DNA of 64,000 bases from Nostoc sp. DedSLP01 (GTDB lineage Bacteria > Cyanobacteriota > Cyanobacteriia > Cyanobacteriales > Nostocaceae): positions 320,001 to 384,000 of the forward strand of contig JAVRCJ020000002.1 in NCBI GenBank assembly GCA_034530875.2. Direction: 5' to 3'. Under the pieces are notes generated by a model that did no database searches, was not told the DNA's origin, and saw nothing but the letters and a program-made list of their open reading frames with translations. Made by a program: the position numbers and the translations under genes. The first letter of the stretch is position 1. Each line of letters begins with the position of its first letter. Of this stretch, positions 49,570-59,678 are shown piece by piece.

Positions 49570-50691
49570 ATGAAAGTAATTATTGTAATGCCACTAGCCG
49601 AACAACGAGGCGGCGGTGAAATGATGCTTTGGGATTTGATGCAGCAAGGACGTAATGCTGGCATCAAGTGGCTAGTAATATTTTTAGAAAACGGCCCGAT
49701 GGTAGAACAAGTAAAGTCCCTCGGCATTGAGACGCAAGTTGTGGAAATTGGACGTTTACGCCAAATCCACCGTTTTATTGCTGCCGTTTTGCGGATAGCT
49801 GCGATCGCCCGTGAGGAAAGTGCAGATATAATTGTCAATTGGATGTGGATAACGCACATATCCGGAGGCTTGGCAGCGATGTTGGCGGGGTTACCTGCTG
49901 TGTGGTATCAGCTAGAAGTGCCCAGCGATAAAACTTGGTTAGTACGACTTGCTACTTTAATTCCAGCGCAGGCAATTATTACTCTCTCCCAAGATGGCAA
50001 GCAAGCACAAGCCGAAATTTGGCCGCACAGACCAACACCTTTGGTCTATCCTGGCGTAGCACTAGACCGATTTCAACCTGATGCTTTACCTTCTCCTCAA
50101 CAAGCACGGCGAAAGTTAGGCTTACCTTTGCACGGGCCGTTGATTGGAATTGTCGGCAGATTGCAACGATGGAAGGGAATGCATGTATTGGTACAAGCTA
50201 TGCCCAAAATTTTACAGCAGTATCCCGACGCCCATTGTGTAATAGTTGGCGGGAAACACGATTTGGAACCAGATTATGAAGACTTTTTAAAAGCAGAAAT
50301 CGCCGCTTTAGGCTTGAAAGAGCAAGTAATTATGACTGGGTTACAGCGGAATATTCCAGAGTGGGTACAGGCGATGGATGTATTTGTCCATGCATCCGAT
50401 AAAGAACCATTTGGTATTGTGATTATTGAAGCGATGGCTTTGGGAAAACCTGTAATTGCTGGCGATGCAGGCGGGCCGACAGAGATTATTACAGATGGAA
50501 TTAATGGACTATTAACACCTTACGGCGATGCGGATAAATTAGCGATCGCTATTCTCCGTTATCTTGACGAGCAAGAATTTGCCCAAAGTGCGGGAGCCGC
50601 TGCACGGCAACGCGCTCTCGACTTTTCAACATATAATTATGCTCAAAACTTTATCAACACCGTTCGTTCTGTAATACCAAGCGTTTCCTAG
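49570..50691 (+). CDS. GT4 glycosyltransferase
   Basis: GGGE, GRLQRWKG, EPFGIVIIEAMALGKPVI. Confidence 0.92.
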   Translation: MKVIIVMPLAEQRGGGEMMLWDLMQQGRNAGIKWLVIFLENGPMVEQVKSLGIETQVVEIGRLRQIHRFIAAVLRIAAIAREESADIIVNWMWITHISGGLAAMLAGLPAVWYQLEVPSDKTWLVRLATLIPAQAIITLSQDGKQAQAEIWPHRPTPLVYPGVALDRFQPDALPSPQQARRKLGLPLHGPLIGIVGRLQRWKGMHVLVQAMPKILQQYPDAHCVIVGGKHDLEPDYEDFLKAEIAALGLKEQVIMTGLQRNIPEWVQAMDVFVHASDKEPFGIVIIEAMALGKPVIAGDAGGPTEIITDGINGLLTPYGDADKLAIAILRYLDEQEFAQSAGAAARQRALDFSTYNYAQNFINTVRSVIPSVS

Positions 50692-50772
50692 ATAGAAAAC
50701 TGAATTTTATATATGGTTTCTTGCAACTTTCTGAAAGACGTTTGGCCTTGAAATTTTTATGAATAATTAATT

Positions 50773-50856
50773 GTACGGTGTGTTACGCCATTTGGCTAAC
50801 GCACCGTTTTTATAACATATATTGCTGCCTTATAGCTTTAGCCTAACGCACTGTAC
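50773..50856. repeat. REP-like palindromes between convergent genes
   Basis: GTACGGTGTGTTACGCC..GGCTAACGCACCG and a partial GCTTTAGCCTAACGCAC matching 24613-24629. Confidence 0.6.
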
Positions 50857-50900
50857 AATCTCAGTTTTTAACTTTTTGATAGCAGTGCGCTCGCAGTTAT

Positions 50901-51623
50901 CTAAATTGTATCGGGGTCGATATTTAACTCACGCAATTTTGCTGCTAAACGTTGCGCCTTTTGTTCTGCTTGTTCTGCCTTTTGTTCTACCTGTTCTAAT
51001 TTTTGCTCTGTCTGTTCTACTGTTTCTTCAGGTGTTGGAACTAGTTGTCTATCTGGTGTAAAAAACCGCAATAGTCCCTCATGAATTCCTAAATATAATC
51101 CTAACTGTTGACTCCACAAATATCCTTGTTCGTTTGCTTGCAGAGGTTGATATTTCCCATCTACTAAATGAAATCCTGCAAATTCTAATGTGTATGGGTC
51201 AAACCAAAAATAATCAGGGGTGCGGAAAGTATCTTGATAAATTTCTTTTTTTAAACCTCTATCTGTCTTTGCTGTTGAGTCTGACAAAATTTCTAGAATT
51301 AAATTTGGATATTTTCCATCTTCTTCCCACACTACCCAACTCTTACGCGTTTGGCGTTGAGTTCCCAACACTACAAAAAAGTCTGGGCCTCGAAATAATT
51401 CTGATTTTAGTTGGCGCGGACTGTAGTAGATAGTCAAATTTCCAGCTGCATAGAAATCATTTCTCTCTCGCCACAGCCATTCTAGACAGGTCAAAAGTAA
51501 AATTATTTGTCTCAGATGCAGTTCGGTTTCCAAGGGAGGCTCGTCACTATATAAATCGCTAGGAGGAAATATAACATCGCCAGGGATGCCTTCTTGAGAT
51601 TCTAATTCTTGAGCTATGGTCAT
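50901..51623 (-). CDS. Uma2 (DUF820) family endonuclease-fold protein
   Basis: SDEPPLET, GPDFFVV, IEILS-like LEILSDST, YFWFDP, coiled-coil tail ending LRELNIDP. Confidence 0.9.
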   Translation of the reverse strand: MTIAQELESQEGIPGDVIFPPSDLYSDEPPLETELHLRQIILLLTCLEWLWRERNDFYAAGNLTIYYSPRQLKSELFRGPDFFVVLGTQRQTRKSWVVWEEDGKYPNLILEILSDSTAKTDRGLKKEIYQDTFRTPDYFWFDPYTLEFAGFHLVDGKYQPLQANEQGYLWSQQLGLYLGIHEGLLRFFTPDRQLVPTPEETVEQTEQKLEQVEQKAEQAEQKAQRLAAKLRELNIDPDTI

Positions 51624-52133
51624 AGAATTGCTACGGCATCAAATATTTCTGGATTTATTTTAGCAGTATTGTAGTTGGCGATCGCTACCATCCAGGTTGA
51701 ATATTACCGAAGTCCTGGGGTTAAAGAATAATGCTAAAACTCTAAAGTTGCTTAAAGTGACATTTAGCAATAGGCAAAATGAAGCAAAGTACACTAAAAA
51801 TTTATTTTTATAAGTCAAAATTTTATTTTCTTTATTTGTTAAGTAACTTTCACTATTTTATATGTATAATCTATAATTTATTATTAATATATTAATGTAT
51901 AATCTATCGTTACAAACTTATTTGTTATCCCCATTTAGGACTTGTTTTTCGTTTATTATCTTAGCGATAAAGTATCTATTTTTAAAGCATAATATACTCT
52001 TTACCTAGTAATCATTTTTGGATGAGATTTTTGCAGCCCAATGGGTATAGTCGCTTCTAGACATTGAGTGAGATTTTACTACATAAATCATGAGGCATTA
52101 TATGAATAGTTAGAACTCTTATGGCACTATCCA

Positions 52134-53426
52134 ATGTCTCAAGAACTATTAATTTCTTTTCAAGAAGCATATAGCAATCTCGAACTGTTCCCGTTAATGG
52201 AACAGAACGAAATGGAAAGATTTAGAGTCGAATATGGCGATGATTTGATTGCAGACCTCAATCAATTAGTTGAAGACAGCCCCAATAAAGATGGCAAAAT
52301 AGTCTTTACAGGACATCGGGGTTGTGGTAAGTCAACTTTGTTAGCTGAATTTAGCAGGCAAATTCAAAATAAGTATTTTGTAGTTCTATTTTCTATCGCT
52401 GATAAAATTGAAATGTCAGCAGTGAACCATATTAATATTCTTTTTGCCATTGCAGTCAATTTAATGGCAGAAGCAGAAGCACGCCGGATTGATATTCCTC
52501 AAAGTACTAAGGAAGCTCTTTATAAATGGTTTGCTACTCGGACTCGCACTGAAGAATTAAATTTACAAATAGAAGCTGAAATCGGTTTTGACCTACTCAA
52601 GTTAATTAGCTCTAAATTAAAAGCTGATGCTAGTGTCCGGGATGAAATTAAACAAGAGTTTGAACGTAAAATTTCAGATTTGGTCGCAAGAATTAACGAA
52701 ATTGCTGCTTTGATTCAAGCCGCTACAAAACAAGATGTGTTAGTCATTATTGACGATTTAGATAAACTCGATTTAGGCAGAGTTAACGAAATTTATAAGG
52801 ATAATATTAAAGCTCTTTGCCAACCAAATTTTCGCATTATCTATACTATCCCCATTGCAGTTTTGCGAGAAACATTTATCAGCACAATCATTGCTACAGA
52901 AACTAACGACCAAATTGTGGCAATGCCTGTCCTCAAAATATTTGATAAAGGTAAAAACCGCCTTCCCAATGCTCAACCGCGTCCGGAAGCAACAAAGATT
53001 CTTGGTGAAGTTTTACGCAAGCGGATTGCTAGTGAATTAATAGTACCAGAAACTGCGGAAAAGATTGTTATTTATAGTGGCGGTGTCTTGCGAGAGCTAA
53101 TTCGCATTTCTAAGGAGTGTTGCCGTATTTGTTTGCGGATGATTCGGCGAAATCCCAACGCACAAGTTATTATTAACGACCAAATTCTCACCCAAGCAAT
53201 CAATAAAATTCGTAATGATTTTTCTATACGTTTAGGAAAAGTTGATATAGATATCTTGCAAACCGTTTATCAACAGTTTAAGCCTAACGACCCTAAACAA
53301 CCTGAGTTTTTGGATTTACTACATGGTTTATACGTTCTAGAGTATCGTACTGAAGAAACGTGGTACGATGTTCATCCAATTATTATAGAAAGCTTGAAAA
53401 TACAAGGAGCGATTAATGTTAAATGA
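52134..53426 (+). CDS. P-loop NTPase (STAND/KAP-like AAA ATPase)
   Basis: Walker A GHRGCGKS, Walker B VIIDDLDK, SGGVLREL, C-terminal LEY..WYDVHP. Confidence 0.85.
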   Translation: MSQELLISFQEAYSNLELFPLMEQNEMERFRVEYGDDLIADLNQLVEDSPNKDGKIVFTGHRGCGKSTLLAEFSRQIQNKYFVVLFSIADKIEMSAVNHINILFAIAVNLMAEAEARRIDIPQSTKEALYKWFATRTRTEELNLQIEAEIGFDLLKLISSKLKADASVRDEIKQEFERKISDLVARINEIAALIQAATKQDVLVIIDDLDKLDLGRVNEIYKDNIKALCQPNFRIIYTIPIAVLRETFISTIIATETNDQIVAMPVLKIFDKGKNRLPNAQPRPEATKILGEVLRKRIASELIVPETAEKIVIYSGGVLRELIRISKECCRICLRMIRRNPNAQVIINDQILTQAINKIRNDFSIRLGKVDIDILQTVYQQFKPNDPKQPEFLDLLHGLYVLEYRTEETWYDVHPIIIESLKIQGAINVK

Positions 53427-55179
53427 AGGTTTTCTAGATGATGAAGGAGAAAATCAAGATGCGTATGACGATTTAATTGTTTCTATTGAAGCTAAAACCC
53501 ACGGATTAAATTTACTGATTGCTGTTTGCGATGACCCCAATTTTCGTGATGAGATTATTACCAGATACGAATCCGAAGTAGAACCTAATTTTCGCACGTA
53601 TCAAACAATTTTAGCACGCTATGAACCGAGTTTAAAAGCTGCTCTCAACCAACTCGTAGAACAAGAAGAATATCTGCGCCAGCGTCAACCAGCAGTAATT
53701 ACTGTAACGGGTACCGAACAATTTTATTTTCTCAGATTAGGGAACGAGCAATCAGAACAAGAGAAGTTTTTTGGTTACTTACAGTGGACAAGGGAAGGAT
53801 TGCGCGATTTTCCTTTTACAATTGTGCTTTGGTTAACTAATCAAATTTTAATCAATTTGATTAAAAAAGCTCCTGATTTTTGGAGTTGGCGCAACGGTGT
53901 ATTTAGGTTTGCATCTAAAAAAACAAGTGCTATTCCTGGTAAGGAATTAGAACCTATTCGGTTTGCTTTTCGAGATACGGAGTTAGCAGGTACAGATACT
54001 AATGAAAATAACCATTTTTTCTTACCAATTCGAGATTTAGAAAAGCTAATTGATAATATCGAAGAGGAACGAGGAACTAAAGACCCCAGCTTGGCTACTT
54101 TGTATTCCAGATTGGGCGATATTTATCGCGGTAGATTAGAACGCGGTGAGTCTCAAAATTATCAAGAAGAACAAGAACTCGCAATCAAATATTGGCGTAA
54201 AGCGATTGAATTGCAAAATGAGTTAGGTTTACAATTAGATTTAGCTGCTAATTTCAGCAATTTAGCAGGTTTATATCGTGCAACAGGACGGTACAGCGAA
54301 GCCGAACCACTATATCAACAAGCTTTGCAATTAAGAAAACGTCTATTAGGAGAAAACAATCCGGTTTACGCTACTAGTCTGAATAATTTGGCAGGAATTT
54401 ACAAATCTACTGGGCAATATAGCAAAGCAGAACTTCTCTATCAACAAGCTTTGGAACTGAGAAAACGCTTATTGGGAGAAAATCATATTGATTTTGTGGC
54501 GAGTCTGAATAATTTGGCCTTATTATACGACGAACAAGGACGTTATGATGAGGCAGAACCTTTGTATCTGCGATCGCTAGAAATTGCCAAAACTTTACTA
54601 GGCGAAAATCATCCTTCTTTTGCTCTGATATTAAATAATTTAGCGCTACTTTATTACCATCAAGGACGCTACAATGAAGCGGAACCTTTGTCGCAACAAG
54701 CAATAGAATTAGACAAGCAATTTTTAGGAGAAGAAAATCCTGATGTTGCTACAGATTTACACAATTTAGGTTTAATCTACCGCGCTCAAGGACGCTACAA
54801 TGAGGCGGAATCTTTGTTTTTACAATCTTTGGAACTGAAGCAGCGTGTATTACAAAAGGCGCATCCGCTTTTAGCAGATACTATCTATGCTTTGGGTTAT
54901 TTGTATCGGGAACAAGGACGCTACAATGAGGCGGAACCTTTATGCAAACAAGCTTTGGAACTCGATCAGCTGTTGTTAGGAGAAAATCATCCGAATGTTG
55001 CAGAAAGTCTCAATAATTTAGCGGAAATTTATCGGACAACGGGGCGTTATAGTGAAGCCAAATCTCTTTATTTGCAAGCTTTAGAAATTTGCGATCGCGT
55101 TTGGGGTGCGAATCATGTCCGCTGTCTGGCTGTGCGGGAGAATTTAGAAAAGGTTAGGCTGGAGATGGAGAGGAGTTAA
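53416..55179 (+). CDS. Protein with N-terminal degenerate NTPase-like domain and kinesin-light-chain-type 42-aa TPR repeats
   Basis: LQWTRE..FPFTIVLW..APDFWSWR domain without a Walker A motif. About 8 repeats of GRYxEAEPLYxQALE..LLGENHP. Overlaps the ATPase stop by 11 nt. Confidence 0.82.
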   Translation: MLNEGFLDDEGENQDAYDDLIVSIEAKTHGLNLLIAVCDDPNFRDEIITRYESEVEPNFRTYQTILARYEPSLKAALNQLVEQEEYLRQRQPAVITVTGTEQFYFLRLGNEQSEQEKFFGYLQWTREGLRDFPFTIVLWLTNQILINLIKKAPDFWSWRNGVFRFASKKTSAIPGKELEPIRFAFRDTELAGTDTNENNHFFLPIRDLEKLIDNIEEERGTKDPSLATLYSRLGDIYRGRLERGESQNYQEEQELAIKYWRKAIELQNELGLQLDLAANFSNLAGLYRATGRYSEAEPLYQQALQLRKRLLGENNPVYATSLNNLAGIYKSTGQYSKAELLYQQALELRKRLLGENHIDFVASLNNLALLYDEQGRYDEAEPLYLRSLEIAKTLLGENHPSFALILNNLALLYYHQGRYNEAEPLSQQAIELDKQFLGEENPDVATDLHNLGLIYRAQGRYNEAESLFLQSLELKQRVLQKAHPLLADTIYALGYLYREQGRYNEAEPLCKQALELDQLLLGENHPNVAESLNNLAEIYRTTGRYSEAKSLYLQALEICDRVWGANHVRCLAVRENLEKVRLEMERS

Positions 55180-55308
55180 TACGATTTTACTTGAAAAATG
55201 ATAGGCAGAGGGAGCAGAGGAAGTGATTTATAGCAGTAATTTCGTGAATTGGTGTAAGCTGTAAGACTATTGGGTTTTCATTGTCGTTTGTATGGTTGCG
55301 CGAAGTAC

Positions 55309-55338
55309 AAAAAAAGGGATAAGCCAAAGCCTATCCCT
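55309..55338 (-). terminator. Rho-independent terminator for ahcY
   Basis: Hairpin AGGGATAAGC-CAAA-GCCTATCCCT with an adjacent A-run (U-run on the minus strand). Confidence 0.6.
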
Positions 55339-55359
55339 CAAAAAATCAATTAATCAATG

Positions 55360-55464
55360 TATAGCAACAGACAAGGTGGTTAGGACATTCACAGATGAGA
55401 AAACTTCGATACAACAAGACTTTTCACCCAGTCCCCAGTCACCAGTCCCCAGTCCCTTACTATA
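55360..55464. mobile_element. MITE-like element carrying a CCCCAGT heptamer array, abutting the ahcY stop
   Basis: TATAGC-N13-GTTAGGACATT start and CTATA end, as at 17108-17192. Confidence 0.55.
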
Positions 55465-56748
<1,284 letters not shown>

Positions 56749-57134
56749 TTACCTCAAAGATGTAAAAAAGTTACGTAAAAGCTACGCACTCTACTAGGTT
56801 ATTCTACGACTGGCAATTTTTGCTTCAAAGAAAGCAAATTATTTGTCAACAGTCCTTAGAACTAGCTTGACGTCCGATCTGTTTAATGTCAACTCAGTCG
56901 CCAGCTTTTTCTTTTTTGTTTTATCTTTGGTAAGAGTAAGGCTATTCTTAGCTTTACTTGCTCATTCTCAGTACAATGTCATCTACCTAAAGATAGTTCA
57001 TGCTCAAAAAAACATCAAAATTTTATAGTCTGAAGGCAAACACTTAACTTTAGATAGGCACATTTACTCAGATTGATTGAGGAGGATGGTTATGGAAGCA
57101 GTCAAGAGTAAATTTGATTCAAGGAGGTGTTTGA

Positions 57135-58973
57135 GTGCGCTTTCAATTTTTGGCGGTCGCGAAGGGAATTTTGTTGCCCAGTTTTGCTAAAGATTTCAAA
57201 GAGCAAAGGCAGGTATTTTCAGCAGGAACATACCTCGGCAACATCGCCAAGCCCGTACCATACTTGGAGGCTCCCAATCAAGCGTCCCACTTGTCTAAGA
57301 GGAGTGCGTTAACTAAAGGCCGCAAAACTTTTGGTGTAGTAATGGCGATCGCAACTTCAACGGCTATAACCGTTGTATCTGTGCCAAAAGCCAGCGCCCA
57401 GATTCCTTTTTTCCCGAATTTGCAAGCTCCCAGCAGTACGAGCAATGATAGCAATGACAGAGTTGTTTCCGGTTGGGTTTATTTGGATGGTCGTCGCTTA
57501 TTTCAAATTGCTGGGTCGAGAACTAGCTTTCCCGAGCGTTTAGAAGACATCCAAAAGAAACTCGAAGCAATTAGCCAATTTTACTTTCAGTCACCACCCA
57601 ACACACCAATCAAGACAGAAGTTCGCAAAGTCAACGATTTACCAGTCATTTATATCAACGACCAATATTTGATGACTGTTACCTCTGAAGATGCTGGGCT
57701 GCGACAAGTTGATATGTCAACATCGGCAAATCAAATTGCTGATTCCTTAAAAGAAGATTTACAACAGGCAAGACAAGAGAGACAAACTCAATTTTTAATC
57801 GAGCAAGCTAAAATTGCTGCGGCTACCGGAGTGGCAATGATTGTCATGAGTATGGGAGTAAATAGCTGGCAAAGGCGTTCCAAAAAAAATTCCAATCTCC
57901 TTACTACTCCCCAAGCCGAAAACGGATTCACCCCCTTAATTTCAACAACAACTCAACCAATTACAACAGAACTAAATCAACGACAAGACCGACATATCCA
58001 AGAAGCCAAAAGACGATTGTTCCAGCTAACTCAAGCAGGAATTTGGGGAGGTGGAAGTTTCTTTATTTTGGGTCTATTTCCCTACACGCGAGGATTTCAA
58101 GTAGCGATTCTCATGGCCGCCCAATTTCCTTTGCGATTAGGTGTTGTCTTACTGGTAACTTATGTAGCTGTACGTCTCAGCTATGCCTTAATTGACCGCT
58201 TCGCCTCGACTCTAATTAACACTAGTGCTTTTATCACTCCAGAAGATTCTGCACGCCTGCAACTGCGAGTTTCCACGTTTTCTGGTGTTACTAAAAGTAT
58301 TGCTACTTTTATCTGTGTAGCAGTAGGCTTTATACTGGCGCTGATATCCTTGGGTATAGATGTTGTACCTTTACTCGCGGGCGCAAGTTTGGTGGGTGTT
58401 GCCGTATCTTTAGCTTCGCAAAACTTGATTAAAGATGCGATTAACGGTTTCTTGATTATTTTAGAAGACCAGTACGCTTTAGGCGATGTGATTAATGTGG
58501 GAAATGTCGGCGGCTTAGTAGAAAATTTAAATCTGCGGATGACCCAGGTGCGGGATTCCGAAGGGCGCTTAATCACGATTCCCAATAGTGAAGTTAAAAT
58601 TGTTGCCAATCTTTCTAGCCGTTGGTCGCGAGCCGATTTAACGATTCCTGTCGATTACCAAGCCGATACAGACGAGGCTTTGAAGTTGATTAAAACCGTT
58701 GCGGATAACATGAATCAAGACCTGCAATGGCAGTATCAAATATTAGAACCACCGCAAGTTTTAGGCATAGATCAATTTGGCGATCGCGGTTTAATTATTC
58801 GTGTCTGGATTAAAACACAGCCCCTCAAACAGTGGGATGTCGCACGAGAGTTCCGCCGCCGCCTGAAAATCGCCCTAGACGAAGCCGGCATTACCATTTC
58901 CGTCCCTCAGCAAGCAATTTGGGTCAATGATAGCTCATTGGTGAATTTGCAAGGTAACGGAAAGGGTCATTAG
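57135..58973 (+). CDS. MscS-family mechanosensitive channel with N-terminal periplasmic domain
   Basis: ASQNLIKDAINGFLIILEDQYALGD, GLVENLNLRMTQVRD..GRLITIPN. AGGAGG RBS before GTG 57135. Alternative start at ATG 57342. Confidence 0.9.
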   Translation: MRFQFLAVAKGILLPSFAKDFKEQRQVFSAGTYLGNIAKPVPYLEAPNQASHLSKRSALTKGRKTFGVVMAIATSTAITVVSVPKASAQIPFFPNLQAPSSTSNDSNDRVVSGWVYLDGRRLFQIAGSRTSFPERLEDIQKKLEAISQFYFQSPPNTPIKTEVRKVNDLPVIYINDQYLMTVTSEDAGLRQVDMSTSANQIADSLKEDLQQARQERQTQFLIEQAKIAAATGVAMIVMSMGVNSWQRRSKKNSNLLTTPQAENGFTPLISTTTQPITTELNQRQDRHIQEAKRRLFQLTQAGIWGGGSFFILGLFPYTRGFQVAILMAAQFPLRLGVVLLVTYVAVRLSYALIDRFASTLINTSAFITPEDSARLQLRVSTFSGVTKSIATFICVAVGFILALISLGIDVVPLLAGASLVGVAVSLASQNLIKDAINGFLIILEDQYALGDVINVGNVGGLVENLNLRMTQVRDSEGRLITIPNSEVKIVANLSSRWSRADLTIPVDYQADTDEALKLIKTVADNMNQDLQWQYQILEPPQVLGIDQFGDRGLIIRVWIKTQPLKQWDVAREFRRRLKIALDEAGITISVPQQAIWVNDSSLVNLQGNGKGH

Positions 58974-58984
58974 AAATGGGGCAG

Positions 58985-59085
58985 GGGGAGATGGGGAGAT
59001 GGGGAGATGAGGAGATGAGGAGATGAGGAGATGAGGAGATGGGGAGAGAATTTCACCCCACCACCCCATCACCCCACCACCCCAT
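58985..59085. repeat. Octamer arrays (GRGGAGAT)x8 and inverted (CACCCCAY)x4
   Basis: Visible at 58985-59048 and 59054-59085. Confidence 0.85.
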
Positions 59086-59103
59086 ATTCCTAATTACTAA
59101 ATT

Positions 59104-59122
59104 AGTACTTTTGTACTATAAT
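59104..59122 (+). promoter_or_regulatory. Cyanobacterial LexA box overlapping a TATAAT -10 element
   Basis: AGTAC-TTTT-GTACT (59104-59117) fits RGTAC-N3-DGTWCB; TATAAT at 59117-59122. Confidence 0.72.
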
Positions 59123-59206
59123 AGAGAGATAGCATTCACAAAGCCTAGCCAAATGGATAACGGCTGCGTGAAAACCTTCTGGAAGATGGTTTAAAGGGTT
59201 AGTTCG

Positions 59207-59470
59207 ATGATGAAGCATTATATTCTCAACCTCAATCCGACTGCGAAGCATGAATGGGATCGCTGCATTTTACGTGACCCCTTGACGGCTAAGCGTCCGG
59301 ATATTGCCAAATTAATTGCTGAAGCAGTTGGTGCGGATACAGGCAGTTATTTGGTGAGTGTAAATATCGAAGTTCAAGTGTTAGAACAAGCTGCGGTACC
59401 TCAAGCCGAACAACTCTCGCTTTCGTTTCCAGAGGTGAATGTACCCTCACAATTACGAGAAGCGGCTTGA
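59207..59470 (+). CDS. Small hypothetical protein (87 aa), candidate SOS-regulated
   Basis: Protein-like composition, its own promoter upstream, QLSLSF motif near the C-terminus. Confidence 0.75.
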   Translation: MMKHYILNLNPTAKHEWDRCILRDPLTAKRPDIAKLIAEAVGADTGSYLVSVNIEVQVLEQAAVPQAEQLSLSFPEVNVPSQLREAA

Positions 59471-59678
59471 GGTTAGGTGCTGGATTTCGCAACAGATTTT
59501 GTTGGGTGGCGTTTGGCTTAACCCAACTTCAATTTTTTCTGTAGCAGGGAACAGGCAATAGGTTTGAAAATCTATTTTTGTCTGTGTTTTATTCAATACA
59601 GCATCATCGTTGGAAAATATGGATTATTCAAAAGCTCGCTCTTGAACTATGAGAAAATCCAAAATGGTATCAGTTAGG

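Noticed and set aside
54230..55100. Diversity-generating retroelement TR/VR pair in the TPR repeats
   Set aside because: The similarity is a 126-bp coding periodicity, differences are not visibly adenine-specific, and no reverse transcriptase is in the window.
56762..56774. NtcA site near ahcY
   Set aside because: Spacing is GTA-N7-TAC, not N8.
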